DNA from: an uncultured delta proteobacterium
Lineage (GTDB): Bacteria; Desulfobacterota; Binatia; Binatales; Binataceae
Assembly (NCBI GenBank): GCA_963711565.1
Contig: CAVQEQ010000003.1
Span: 416,654-480,653 of the forward strand
DNA length: 64,000 nt
Reading direction: 5' to 3'
Shown piece by piece: positions 53,041 to 64,000 of this stretch. The notes under the pieces were generated by a model that saw only the letters and a list, made by a program, of their open reading frames with translations, had not been told where the DNA came from and did no database searches. The stretch's first letter is position 1. Every line of letters begins with the position of its first letter. Both the position numbers and the translations under genes were made by a program.

Positions 53041-53050
53041 TTATCGTCCT

Positions 53051-54664
53051 TCAGACACGCTTGCGCTTTTTGGAGAGATAATCGACCAGCATGTATTCGC
53101 CTAGATGATCGGGACGGGTGAATAGCGCGCGGCCTCGATTGATCTGCGTCATCTTGTCCACGAAGGCGCGCAGACTCGGCGAATCGTCGAGCATGAAGGT
53201 GTTGATCGTGATTCCCTTGCGCGTGATCCGCTCGACTTCCTTCAGCGTCTCCTGCGCCGCGCGCATGCTGATGCCGCCGAACGACAGCGGCCATTCGCAG
53301 TAGAGTCGCTTGTTCAGGAAGTACGCGGTCGGCTGCCCGTCGGTGATCACGATGATGTGCTGATTGCGCGACGGATGGCGTCCGAGCAAATCCGAGGCGA
53401 GGCGCAGACCGTCCTGCAAGTTGGTGAACGGGTCGCCCATATTCCACGACGCTTCGGGCAGATCCTTGAGCTTCAATTCGACGGCGCGCGTGTAAAAACC
53501 GACGATCGAGAAGAAGTCGCGCGGGAACTTCGAGCGAATCAGCGTCTCCATCGCCATCGCGACTTTCTTCGCCGCCGCAAATCGCCCTTCCCAGCTCATC
53601 GACCACGACATGTCGAGGCACAGCACCGTCGATGACGAACTGGCGTAATCGTTTTCGTAAATCTCGAAATCTTCGGGCCGCAACTCCAGCGGCACGCCGG
53701 CCTTCCGCGCCAGCGCATGCTTGAGCGTCGCGACCAGGTTCAGATTCAGCGGATCGCCGAAGGCATACGGCTTGGTCTGCTCGGGACGCATCTCGGTGAC
53801 GCCGCGATGGTCCGTGACGTGACCGCCGGATCGATCCTTGAGCAGGTTCTGGTAAATGTCGCGCAGCGCCAGTTGCCCGATTCGACGTACGCCCTTGGGC
53901 GAGAGCTGAAAATGATCGCCCTTCGGCACCATGTAGCCCGATTGCGTCAAAAGCAGCATCACTTGCTTTAAATTCTGAAAATCCTTGCTCGCCTGCTGCC
54001 CCAGGATCTGTTGCAGGTCTTCCATCGAGATCGTGTCGAAGTTGCCCGACATCAGGTCCTGCTCGAGCTGACGCATCCGCTCCATCTCGCGCATCAGGTC
54101 GAGCGCGTCGTCATAGCCGAGGCTCTTCGGACCGTGGAACATGTGCTGATTGCGATCGCGGAAATTCTCGAGATCGCGGATATTTTCGTATTCTTCGAGC
54201 AGCGCGTCGAAGTCCTCTTTCGCCTGCGCGTCCTCGAATTCGTGGCTTTCGAGCTTGCGCATCGCCTCCGACAGCCGGCGCGGCATGCGCGACAGCTCGC
54301 GCTGTTTTTCCTCGATGCCCGGCTTCTGGCCCTTGAGCGACTCGAGCTTGGCGCGCTCGCGATTCAGGATGTCCTCGAGCTTCTGCTCCATCTCGGACAG
54401 CGCGTTCTTGAGGTTGAAGTCGCGATAGCGCTGGCGCATCTCCTGCCGCAACTGCTCGATAAACTCCTCGAGCCCCATCACCTTGACGCCGTCGAAGTCC
54501 ATCCCCTGCCGCATCATCCAGTCCATCGCTTGGCGCACGTCGTCGGTGTAAGAGAGATACTCGGCGAGCTTCTCGAACACCTTGTCGGCGTCGAGCTTGA
54601 GCCGCTGCGTCCCGTCCCACTGCGTGTAGCGGGTGACTACGGCGGCCATTTCCCGGCGTGTCAT
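53051..54664 (-). CDS. VWA-domain protein with a long charged coiled-coil N-terminal half
   Basis: MIDAS LCLDMSWSMS and later IIVITDGQPT. The N-terminal 250 aa are Glu/Lys/Arg/Met-rich. Its ATG overlaps the stop codon of the AAA+ gene. Confidence 0.8.
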   Translation of the reverse strand: MTRREMAAVVTRYTQWDGTQRLKLDADKVFEKLAEYLSYTDDVRQAMDWMMRQGMDFDGVKVMGLEEFIEQLRQEMRQRYRDFNLKNALSEMEQKLEDILNRERAKLESLKGQKPGIEEKQRELSRMPRRLSEAMRKLESHEFEDAQAKEDFDALLEEYENIRDLENFRDRNQHMFHGPKSLGYDDALDLMREMERMRQLEQDLMSGNFDTISMEDLQQILGQQASKDFQNLKQVMLLLTQSGYMVPKGDHFQLSPKGVRRIGQLALRDIYQNLLKDRSGGHVTDHRGVTEMRPEQTKPYAFGDPLNLNLVATLKHALARKAGVPLELRPEDFEIYENDYASSSSTVLCLDMSWSMSWEGRFAAAKKVAMAMETLIRSKFPRDFFSIVGFYTRAVELKLKDLPEASWNMGDPFTNLQDGLRLASDLLGRHPSRNQHIIVITDGQPTAYFLNKRLYCEWPLSFGGISMRAAQETLKEVERITRKGITINTFMLDDSPSLRAFVDKMTQINRGRALFTRPDHLGEYMLVDYLSKKRKRV

Positions 54665-56070
54665 GCGTGGTAGGCGAAGCGCCCGCCCTGGCGATCCTTG
54701 TTGAGCTTCTGATGCAGATGCAGGCCCTCGAAAATGAATTCGCTCGCCGCGGCCATCAGCCCCGGCGTCTCGAACGGCCCGAGCAGTGTGATCACTTCGC
54801 GCAGTCCGGTCACCTCGCGCAGCGGTTCCATGTATTCCGACGACGGCGCGCTGTCCGAGACCTCGACGCCCCAGCCCTGCTCGAAGTAGCTCGAAATTTT
54901 CTTCAAATCGTCGAGCTTCAAATACTTGTCGAAGACCTTCAGCACGGCGCGGTTGATCAGCCGCTCGATCAGATCGTCTTCCTTCTTGTCCTCGCCGACA
55001 TATTCGAGCTCGATCTTGCCGGCGGTCAACGCGTACAGGGAATGCAAATCGGAAATTCGCGGCACGATCTCGTTCTCCGAGTTGCGCACCGCGCGCTTCT
55101 CGGCGTTGGAGATCGCCGATTCGTAATTGTTGATCGTGACGCGCACCGACACGCCCGACGATTGATTGATCTCGTTCGATGCGCGCGCCTCGAACGTGAT
55201 CTGCGCCAGGATGTCCTTCATGAACTGCGGAATCCGCACGTCAACGCCCGAGCGCGGCGGATGCGCCGCTTCCTGCTCCATGATCACGATCTCGTGCTCG
55301 ATCGTCTTGGGATAGTGCGTGCGAATCTGGATATCGAAGCGATCCTTCAGCGGCGTGATGATACGGCCGCGCGAGGTGTAGTCCTCGGGATTCGCGCTCG
55401 CGACGAACACCACGTCCACCGCCAGCCGAATCTTGTAGCCCTTGATCTGGACGTCCTTCTCTTCCATCAGGTTGAACAGTCCGACCTGCACCTTCTCGGT
55501 GAGGTCGGGCAATTCGTTGATTGCGAAGATGCCGCGATTGGTCCGCGGGATCAGGCCGTAGTGGATGGTTTCCTCGTCGGCCAGGTAGCGCCCTTCGGCT
55601 ACTTTGATCGGATCGATCTCTCCGATCAGGTCCGCAACTGAAACGTCGGGCGTCGCGAGCTTTTCCGCGTATCGCGAGTCGCGCCCGATCCATGCGATTT
55701 CGAGGGCGTCGCCCTTCGCCTCTTTCAGCTTCACGCATCGGCGGCATATCGGTGCAAACGGATCGTCATTTATCTCACAGCCCGCGGCCACCGGCACGTA
55801 TTCGTCAAGCAAGCCCACCAGCGATCTGATGATTCGCGACTTCGCCTGCCCGCGCTCGCCGAGAAAGATCATGTGATGGCCCGCGAGCACGCCGTTTTCG
55901 ATCTCCGGCACTACGGTTTCCTCGTAGCCCACGATCCCGGGCAGGATTTGCTCCTTGCTACGCAGCCGCTCGAGCAAATTCTTGCGCATCTCCATCCGCA
56001 CCGGCATGGTCTGGTAGCCCGCGCTCTTGAGTTCGCCCAGCGTCCGGATCTTCAGCAGTTTTTCATTCAT
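54661..56070 (-). CDS. ChlI/BchI-like AAA+ ATPase (often auto-annotated as sigma-54-interacting), with no DNA-binding domain
   Basis: Walker A FLGERGQAKS, Walker B GIFAINELPDL, and sensor/arginine-finger region VVFVASANPEDYTSRGRIITPLKDRF. Confidence 0.8.
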   Translation of the reverse strand: MNEKLLKIRTLGELKSAGYQTMPVRMEMRKNLLERLRSKEQILPGIVGYEETVVPEIENGVLAGHHMIFLGERGQAKSRIIRSLVGLLDEYVPVAAGCEINDDPFAPICRRCVKLKEAKGDALEIAWIGRDSRYAEKLATPDVSVADLIGEIDPIKVAEGRYLADEETIHYGLIPRTNRGIFAINELPDLTEKVQVGLFNLMEEKDVQIKGYKIRLAVDVVFVASANPEDYTSRGRIITPLKDRFDIQIRTHYPKTIEHEIVIMEQEAAHPPRSGVDVRIPQFMKDILAQITFEARASNEINQSSGVSVRVTINNYESAISNAEKRAVRNSENEIVPRISDLHSLYALTAGKIELEYVGEDKKEDDLIERLINRAVLKVFDKYLKLDDLKKISSYFEQGWGVEVSDSAPSSEYMEPLREVTGLREVITLLGPFETPGLMAAASEFIFEGLHLHQKLNKDRQGGRFAYHA

Positions 56071-56100
56071 CGCGAATCCCGCAGTCCTGATCAGTCGATA

Positions 56101-56676
56101 TTAAGATAATTCAGCGCCGAGGTTTTTGAAAATCGGCCGCAGTTGCCCGTAACTGTCTTCCAAACTCTGTGATAGCACACGGGTTGAGGCAAGTACCGGC
56201 ATAAAATTGTTGTCGCCGCCCCAGCGCGGCACCACGTGCCAGTGCATGTGATCGGCGAACCCGGCGCCCGCCGCTCCGCCCAGGTTGGCGCCGACGTTCA
56301 ACGCCTGCGGATGCAGCGTTTCGCGTACCCGCTTTATCGCTGCTGCGACCGCTTCGGCAACCATCGCTCGCTCCGACCGCGCCAGCAGCTCCGGCGACGC
56401 GACATGCCTTCGCGGCGCAACCATTATATGTCCGTTGTTGTAGGGGTACTTGTTGAGCATCACGAGCACATCGCGATTCTCGAACAGCACCAGCAGTTCC
56501 CGCCGCTCGGCATCGGAGAGCCGGCCGAAGCAGAAGATGCATTCCATGGGGTCGGAGCGGACGCCGCGCAGATACTCGTATCGCCACGGCGCCCACAGGC
56601 GGATGCCTTCGGCGGGAATCACCGCTGCGTCGCGCCGCTTGACTGACCGCTTAACGGGCCGCTTCTTCGGCGCCAT
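56101..56676 (-). CDS. HIT-family protein (Ap4A-phosphorylase-like)
   Basis: LWAPWRYEY, CIFC, LNKYPYNNGH and the histidine triad HMHWHVVPRW. The ATG at 56676 overlaps the ihfB end by 26 nt; an alternative GTG lies at 56622. Confidence 0.85.
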   Translation of the reverse strand: MAPKKRPVKRSVKRRDAAVIPAEGIRLWAPWRYEYLRGVRSDPMECIFCFGRLSDAERRELLVLFENRDVLVMLNKYPYNNGHIMVAPRRHVASPELLARSERAMVAEAVAAAIKRVRETLHPQALNVGANLGGAAGAGFADHMHWHVVPRWGGDNNFMPVLASTRVLSQSLEDSYGQLRPIFKNLGAELS

Positions 56677-56947
56677 TAACTTCGATTCGGAGTTCCTTGC
56701 CCGCGCGGAAGAACGGAATCTGCTTGGCATCGACGCTGACCAACTGCCCGGTCTTGGGATTGCGGCCCTGGCGCGCGCGACGCTGCTTTACGGCGAAGCT
56801 GCCGAAGCCGCGGATTTCGATCCGCTCGCCGCGCATCAGCGAGTTGGCCATCGCGTCGAACATCGCATTGACGATCGTCTCCGACTCGCGATGTGTAAAC
56901 CGGTGCCGGCGCGCCAATAGTTCTTCGATGATTTCCCGCTTGGTCAT
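56651..56947 (-). CDS. ihfB: Integration host factor subunit beta (HU/IHF family)
   Basis: MTKREIIEEL...RIEIRGFGSFAVKQRRARQGRNPKTGQLVSV...IPFFRAGKELR. The position downstream of rpsA matches the classical cmk-rpsA-ihfB arrangement. Confidence 0.85.
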   Translation of the reverse strand: MTKREIIEELLARRHRFTHRESETIVNAMFDAMANSLMRGERIEIRGFGSFAVKQRRARQGRNPKTGQLVSVDAKQIPFFRAGKELRIEVNGAEEAAR

Positions 56948-56995
56948 CGATCCCGCCGCCGTCCGCGCCAAGCGAGGATCCAGGCGGCCTCCCGC

Positions 56996-58738
<1,743 letters not shown>

Positions 58739-58796
58739 TTAGGGGGACCTTCCGGGATTCCGGGACATCGGGGCTGCTGCAATCCTTACAACCGGG

Positions 58797-59495
58797 CTAG
58801 GCTCGTTTCAAGTCCTTGGCGGCGTTGATTCGAGCGTTAATCTTCGCTTTCATCGCCGCGACCACCGCGTCGATCGAAAGTTTCGTTGAGTCTATCTCAA
58901 TCGCATCGTCCGCGCGCTTGAGCGGCGCCAGTTCGCGCCCGCTGTCACGGCGGTCGCGCTCGATCATTTGTTCGAGCACTTCATGCTCGGTGATCGACGC
59001 GCCCTTTTTCTTCAATTCGTCAAATCTGCGGCGCGCGCGCGTGTTCACGTCGGCGACCAGAAAGAACTTGAACTCGGCATCGGGAAAAATTGCGGTGCCG
59101 ATATCGCGTCCTTCCATCACGACCCCGCCGTCCGCGCCCGCCGCGCGCTGCAACTCGCGCATCCGCGCACGCACCGGGCCAAGCGCCGAGAATCGCGAGG
59201 CCAGCTCGCCGATGTCAGGCTCATCCTTCTTCGCGCTCACGTCGTGGCCGTTGAGCATGATCTTCTCGCCGTCGAACTTGATCTCGATAGCAGCGAGCAC
59301 CGGCGCGAGTCGCGCTTCGACGTTCGCGTCGTCCGGGCTGACGCCCGCTTCGCGCGCCGCGATCGCGACCGCTCGATACATCGCGCCCGTGTTCAGATAT
59401 GAGTATCCAAGTTCGCGGGCGAGTTCGCGCGCCGCCACGGATTTTCCCGCGCCGACCGGGCCGTCAATCGCGACTATTGGTTCTCGGCGGCTCAT
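58797..59495 (-). CDS. cmk: Cytidylate kinase
   Basis: IAIDGPVGAGKS..AR.LA..LGY.YLNTGAMYR. Confidence 0.95.
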   Translation of the reverse strand: MSRREPIVAIDGPVGAGKSVAARELARELGYSYLNTGAMYRAVAIAAREAGVSPDDANVEARLAPVLAAIEIKFDGEKIMLNGHDVSAKKDEPDIGELASRFSALGPVRARMRELQRAAGADGGVVMEGRDIGTAIFPDAEFKFFLVADVNTRARRRFDELKKKGASITEHEVLEQMIERDRRDSGRELAPLKRADDAIEIDSTKLSIDAVVAAMKAKINARINAAKDLKRA

Positions 59496-60355
59496 CTTAT
59501 CTTTTCCCGCATCGCGCGGCCGCGATTGAAAATCTTCTCGACGCCTTCGCTATCGCCGGCTTCGACCGCACGCTGAAATTCGGCGAACGTGTGCCCGTAA
59601 AGTTTCAGCGCCGCGGTAATCGCCTCGCGATTCGTTGCAAAGATATCGCGCCACATCTCCCACGACGACGCCGCCAGCCGCGTCGTATCACGCAGTCCGC
59701 CCGCTCCATACTCTGCTGCAAACTTGTCGCCGACCTTCTCGCTCGCCAGCGCCGCCGCCAGCGCGCTCGACACCGCCTGCGGCAGATGACTCGAGCGCGC
59801 GAGGATCGCGTCATGCGTGGCGGCGTCCATCATCTCGACGCAGGCACCGGTCTCGTCCCACAATTGTTCGATCTTATTGATTGCCGCGGGCGTGCTTTTG
59901 GCGGACGGCGTGAGAATGACGCGACGGTCACGAAACAGAGCAGGGTCGGCAGCCGCCGCGCCGGTGGTTTCCTTGCCGGCGACCGGATGCGCCGCGACCA
60001 GCGAACGCTTGCCAGTGATCAACGGCTCAAGCTCGCGGACGACATATTGCTTCACGCTGCCCACGTCGGTGACCACTGCGTCGGGTGCTGTGTGCTCGAT
60101 CATTTTTTCCAGCGTCGCGCGCATCGTCAGTATCGGCACCGCCAGCACGATCAGGTCCGCACCGCGCGCCGCCTCGACCGGATCGCGCGTCGCGACATCG
60201 ATCATACCGCGCTCGAGCGCCACGTCGAGGTTGGCCTGCGACCGTCCAAGGCCGACGACCTTACCGACGACGCCCGCGCGCTTGGCGATCAACGCTAGAG
60301 AGCCGCCAATCAGCCCAACTCCGCACACGGTCATCTGGCGAAATAGTTGCGCCAT
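59492..60355 (-). CDS. tyrA: Prephenate/arogenate dehydrogenase
   Basis: Rossmann motif VCGVGLIGGSLA, DVGSVK, HPVAG and SHLPQ. I chose the start MAQLFRQ (TAATG overlap with the upstream stop); the track ORF extends to 60559. Confidence 0.9.
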   Translation of the reverse strand: MAQLFRQMTVCGVGLIGGSLALIAKRAGVVGKVVGLGRSQANLDVALERGMIDVATRDPVEAARGADLIVLAVPILTMRATLEKMIEHTAPDAVVTDVGSVKQYVVRELEPLITGKRSLVAAHPVAGKETTGAAAADPALFRDRRVILTPSAKSTPAAINKIEQLWDETGACVEMMDAATHDAILARSSHLPQAVSSALAAALASEKVGDKFAAEYGAGGLRDTTRLAASSWEMWRDIFATNREAITAALKLYGHTFAEFQRAVEAGDSEGVEKIFNRGRAMREKIR

Positions 60356-60816
60356 TAGATTCGGATTCCGCCGCCCGGCGGCGCCGTCCTCCCTATCCTG
60401 TCCTGCATTCTTCGCACGAGCAGGTTGGCGATCGCGATCCACACGAGCGCGACTAGCGGGAAAACAACATAATTCATGTTGACGTTTCCGCCACGAGCGT
60501 CTGCGACCACGACGCCGAACACTCCCGCCATCAGGAGCACATAGGCGACCCTGAACCACGACACCGCGCTCCTCATTCGCCCGTTGAATTGCTCCGGCTT
60601 AATTGCAGGAGCCAACCCGATGAGCGCGTAGCCGGCGAGCGCAATTGAAGGCAGGAGAAACAGCCCGACTAACTTCGAGCCGTAGCCGTTGATCTGCCCC
60701 GTGATGTCCCAGTGAATCGGAATCTGCGCAGGAGCAGTCGGCCATGTCCAAATAGCGCCCGCGAACATCGCGATGATCAGCGCGCGCGCCAGCCATTCTG
60801 CATTTCGATTTTTCAC
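60355..60816 (-). CDS. DUF1648 / SdpI-like integral membrane protein
   Basis: QIPIHWDITGQINGYGSKLVGLFLLP matches the DUF1648 N-terminal motif, followed by four TM segments. Its GTG start overlaps the hisC stop codon. Confidence 0.6.
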   Translation of the reverse strand: MKNRNAEWLARALIIAMFAGAIWTWPTAPAQIPIHWDITGQINGYGSKLVGLFLLPSIALAGYALIGLAPAIKPEQFNGRMRSAVSWFRVAYVLLMAGVFGVVVADARGGNVNMNYVVFPLVALVWIAIANLLVRRMQDRIGRTAPPGGGIRI

Positions 60817-61919
60817 GATTGCGCGCCCATCACTTCACTGAGCATCGCGACAAGCCGCCGATTCTCCTCGGGCAGACCGACGCTGATTCGCACGTGACGC
60901 GGATAGCCGTATCCGTTCATCGCGCGCACGATCACGCCCTTGCGCAGCAGCTTGTCGTAAACGGCGCGGCCGTCGCCCACATCGACGAGGAAAAAATTCG
61001 CGTGACTCGGCACGAACGGCAGCTTGAGCCGCCGAAACTCGCCTTCGAGGTAGTCCATGCCGTCGGCGTTGACTTGCAGGGTCCGCGCGATATGGGCCCG
61101 GTCGTCCATCCCGGCAATCGCCGCCACCTGCGCGAGCGAGGTCACGTTGAACGGCTGCCGCACGTTGTGCAGCATCTGGATCATGTCGGGGCGCGCCACC
61201 GCGTAACCAACTCGCATCCCGGCCAGGCCGAAAATTTTTGAGAACGTGCGAAGCGTGATTATCAGCCGGCGGTCGTCGTGGTCCTCCATCGAGTCGGGAT
61301 AATCGGGGGCGCGCACGAATTCGAAGTACGCCTCGTCCGCGACGATCACGACGTGCTCCGGCACGCGCTCGAGGAACCGCTGCCACTCGGCGCGCCGGTA
61401 AATCGTCCCGGTCGGATTATTCGGATTGCCGAGAAAAACAATTCGCGTGTTGGCGTCGATCGCCGACGCCAACGCCTCGAGGTCGTGCGAGAATCCGTCG
61501 CTGGTTTTTGCGACACGATGCTCGCCGCCGGCCGCCGCCGTCGCCAGCGGATAAATCGCGAAGGAATGCTCCGAGTAAACCGAGTTGAGTCCCGGCCGCA
61601 GGTACAGGAACGCGAGCAGGTTGAGCACCTCGACCGAGCCTGCCGCCGCGAAGACGCGCTCGACGCCAATCTTATGATGCGCCGCGATCTTGGCGCGCAG
61701 ATCGTAGCTGGCGCCGTCGGGGTATCGATTCAGCTCGGGCAGGGCAGCCTTGATCGCCTCGATTGCGCGCGGCGAGGGCCCGAGAGGATTCTCGTTCGAC
61801 GCCAGCTTGACCGGATCGACGATGCCGAGTTCGCGTTGCAGCTCCTCGATCGGCTTGCCCGGCTCGTAAGGAGCAAGCGCGGCGACGGAAGGGAGTACGA
61901 GATCTTGAGCTTTGATCAA
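60813..61919 (-). CDS. hisC: Histidinol-phosphate / aromatic aminotransferase
   Basis: PYEPGKPIEEL...KLASNENPLGPSP, with the PLP lysine region RTFSKIFGLAGMRVGY. Confidence 0.92.
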   Translation of the reverse strand: MIKAQDLVLPSVAALAPYEPGKPIEELQRELGIVDPVKLASNENPLGPSPRAIEAIKAALPELNRYPDGASYDLRAKIAAHHKIGVERVFAAAGSVEVLNLLAFLYLRPGLNSVYSEHSFAIYPLATAAAGGEHRVAKTSDGFSHDLEALASAIDANTRIVFLGNPNNPTGTIYRRAEWQRFLERVPEHVVIVADEAYFEFVRAPDYPDSMEDHDDRRLIITLRTFSKIFGLAGMRVGYAVARPDMIQMLHNVRQPFNVTSLAQVAAIAGMDDRAHIARTLQVNADGMDYLEGEFRRLKLPFVPSHANFFLVDVGDGRAVYDKLLRKGVIVRAMNGYGYPRHVRISVGLPEENRRLVAMLSEVMGAQS

Positions 61920-61959
61920 AACGGGGGAACGGCCACTGGAAATGTTTGGGCTGCCCGGC

Positions 61960-63075
61960 TCAGGCAGCGGCCGACCTTCCTTCAGGATACGATCCTAAGA
62001 CCTTCAAGAATAGGGCCTTGCTCGACAGCGATTTGAGAGCGCGCGCGAGCTTGGCGTCGTCACGATGACCCATAACGTCAACGAAGAACAGGTATTCCCA
62101 CGGGCGCGCGCGCAGCGGTCGCGACTCGATCTTGGAAATATTGATCGCGTTGCGCGCAAACAGGTTCAGCGCCTGGTTGAGCGTGCCGACGCGGTCCGCC
62201 ACCGCGAACAGCAGCGTGGTCTTGTCCTTGCCTGATTTTTCGATCGGGCGCGTGCCCATCACGAGGAATCGCGTGGTGTTGGCAGCAACGTCCTGCACGT
62301 TCGACGAGATCGGCTTGAGTCCGTAGGCCTCGCCCGCCGCCTTCGACGCGATCGCCGCAATCGACGCGTCCGCCGCCGCGCGCTGGGCAGCCAGCGCGTT
62401 GGACGCGACCGCTTCAGTCTCGATATTCGGGAAATGCGCGGTGAGGTAGCCGCGGCATTGCGCGAGGCTTTGCTGATGCGACACGATGCGCCTGACCGCG
62501 CCCGCATCGCCGCTAAGCGACATAATCGAATGTCGAATAGGCAGCAGCACTTCGCCGACTATCACCAGCGACGTATCTATAAGGAGGTCGAGCGTCAGCG
62601 TCACCGAGCCTTCGGTCGAGTTCTCGACGGGCACCACGCCGAAATCCGCGCGTCCGTTCTCGATTGCCTGGAAGACCGCCGCGAAGGACTCCAGCGGCAT
62701 CAGCTCGACGCTCGAGCCGAAGCGCACCCGCGTCGCCTCGTGCGAGTAGGTATGCTCGGGGCCGAGGAAGGCGACGCGCGGCTCATGCTCGAGCGCGCGG
62801 CAGGCCGAAATTATCTCGACGTAAATCCGCTTGACCTGTTCGTCGGTCAGCGGCCCCTGGTTCTCGGCGATCATCTTTTCGATGATCGCGCGCTCGCGCA
62901 CCGGCTGATAAACCTCGCCGCCCTCGTGATGCTTCAGCCGGCCAATCTCGGTGGCGACGCCGGCGCGGGCCGAGATGAGGCGCAGAATTTTGAGATTAAT
63001 CTCATCCATCCGCGCCCGCAGAGTTTCGATAGATGGCGCCTCGGCGGCCGGCTTCCTGGCAGTTCGCGATGACAT
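61960..63075 (-). CDS. pheA: Bifunctional chorismate mutase / prephenate dehydratase (P-protein)
   Basis: CM domain LR..MDEIN.KIL.L...R, PDT domain VAFLGPEHTYSH and TRF, and ACT domain with ESRP. The start is at 63075 or 63114. Confidence 0.92.
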   Translation of the reverse strand: MSSRTARKPAAEAPSIETLRARMDEINLKILRLISARAGVATEIGRLKHHEGGEVYQPVRERAIIEKMIAENQGPLTDEQVKRIYVEIISACRALEHEPRVAFLGPEHTYSHEATRVRFGSSVELMPLESFAAVFQAIENGRADFGVVPVENSTEGSVTLTLDLLIDTSLVIVGEVLLPIRHSIMSLSGDAGAVRRIVSHQQSLAQCRGYLTAHFPNIETEAVASNALAAQRAAADASIAAIASKAAGEAYGLKPISSNVQDVAANTTRFLVMGTRPIEKSGKDKTTLLFAVADRVGTLNQALNLFARNAINISKIESRPLRARPWEYLFFVDVMGHRDDAKLARALKSLSSKALFLKVLGSYPEGRSAAA

Positions 63076-63224
63076 CGAACAAGAATGGCTACCGGATCGA
63101 CCGGTCGTTTTCAACGTCCTGCTAATGTCGTCTCGAGGCTCGTTTGGCGGGACCGCTCTGATGACTATAAGTTGATGAGTGTAAACTATTTGATTTGATC
63201 TGACTTTCCAGTAAGCTTCTCAAG

Positions 63225-64000
63225 GTGGGGCGCGCATCAGGGACAGTTCGTCTTTTCGTATTTGCGATTCTGCTGGCCGGCTGCAACGGCGGCAGCAGCG
63301 GGCAGCAGTCAACGCCAACGACATCATCCGGCATCGTCCATTTCGTCCCCAACTCACACGCGTTCTGGAGCAACCCCTCGAATTGGACGACCAGCTTCGG
63401 GCCCGCCTACGCCGACATCACGCTCGCGTCGAGCAATTTCGTTCCGTGCCGCGGCGGACCTTTCGCGCTCTGCTATTACTCGGGTCCCAGTTCCGGCGCC
63501 GAAGACCTGTCGTGCACTTTGACGCCCGACGGCAAATACGCCAACTGCCAATGCTTCGACATTCCATACGGCGTGTACTTCGTCGATATCAACGCGATCC
63601 TCAATCACGACGTGTATGAAAAGACCGTCGCGCAATGCGGCGCCGACGGCAGTTTGTGCGCGACGCTCAACTCGGCGCCGGTGTGCGCCAACGTCAATAA
63701 GGGCAAACTGATTCCCGGGTCGAGCGTCTTCTCGACTTTCAGCTTCGATTGCGTGCCCGAGAACGGACTCGGGCTGACGAGTTGCGATCAACAACCCTAC
63801 GCCGGATGCATGACAGCGCCGTGCTTCAAAACCGGTCAGGCGGGAATCGTCCAATGCTCTTGCCCGGTGTTCAACGGCCCTTATCAGGTCGGGCAGAACG
63901 ATCAGGCGTGCACGCTCGGCGACAACCTCGTGTGGTCGGCCGCGTATGCTCCTCCGGCGGCGACGCCAACCGCCACGCCTGACGGCGCGGCCGCGAATCC
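63225..64000 (+). CDS. Cys-rich lipoprotein, hypothetical. Partial: it runs off the window end.
   Basis: My own translation from the GTG at 63225 gives VGRASGTVRLFVFAILLAGCNGG... (lipobox), then an open frame to the window end with about 18 Cys. It is not in the track because it has no stop codon. Confidence 0.5.
   Translation, partial: MGRASGTVRLFVFAILLAGCNGGSSGQQSTPTTSSGIVHFVPNSHAFWSNPSNWTTSFGPAYADITLASSNFVPCRGGPFALCYYSGPSSGAEDLSCTLTPDGKYANCQCFDIPYGVYFVDINAILNHDVYEKTVAQCGADGSLCATLNSAPVCANVNKGKLIPGSSVFSTFSFDCVPENGLGLTSCDQQPYAGCMTAPCFKTGQAGIVQCSCPVFNGPYQVGQNDQACTLGDNLVWSAAYAPPAATPTATPDGAAAN

Noticed and set aside
52060-53050. Restriction endonuclease partner for the Dam methylase
   Set aside because: There is no unassigned ORF on either side. 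The gene is flanked by 165 bp of repeat-containing non-coding DNA and by the VWA gene.

Overview
This is a 64 kb stretch of high-GC bacterial chromosome. It is densely coding: I can support about 65 protein genes. I found no rRNA, tRNA or CRISPR array by eye. **Core content:** partial ptsP (EI-Ntr), tatA/B-tatC, and a conserved minus-strand operon pheA-hisC-(DUF1648 membrane gene)-tyrA-cmk-rpsA-ihfB-HIT. There are also many redox and hydrolase genes: two LLM/F420-type oxidoreductases, an amidohydrolase-PhyH-TPP enzyme trio, Qor, an HCCA isomerase, GH29 and GH15 glycosidases, and an HDAC-like deacetylase. A complete CecR/YbhGFSR-like efflux operon is present (TetR, HlyD, two ABC ATPases, two ABC-2 permeases). 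**Accessory or unusual content:** (1) a DUF559 endonuclease-like gene inside a roughly 620 bp cassette bounded by nested inverted hairpin repeats, with a solo copy of the same repeat style beside a low-GC orphan Dam methylase; (2) that Dam gene sits 10 nt downstream of a ChlI-like AAA+ ATPase / VWA gene pair and looks co-transcribed with it; (3) a paralogous cluster of FHA-transmembrane-CAP(SCP/PR1)-like proteins; (4) a visibly lower-GC patch at about 18.8-23.7 kb holding an orphan TadE/TadG-VWA pair with no pilin or secretion ATPase, tandem duplicated small lipoproteins, and Cys-rich secreted proteins; (5) a solo GSU2403-type nucleotidyltransferase-fold gene behind an AT-rich spacer with three copies of a 10-mer; (6) a paired ArsA/Get3-like ATPase module; (7) a perfect 28 bp inverted repeat in a divergent promoter region; (8) a candidate sigma-54 promoter with an upstream repeat. 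**Caveat:** five otherwise recognisable genes are split by single-nucleotide frameshifts. That points to assembly indel errors, or less likely to real pseudogenisation, and should be checked before any biology is built on it. All family calls come from motif recognition in the translations. No database search was run.
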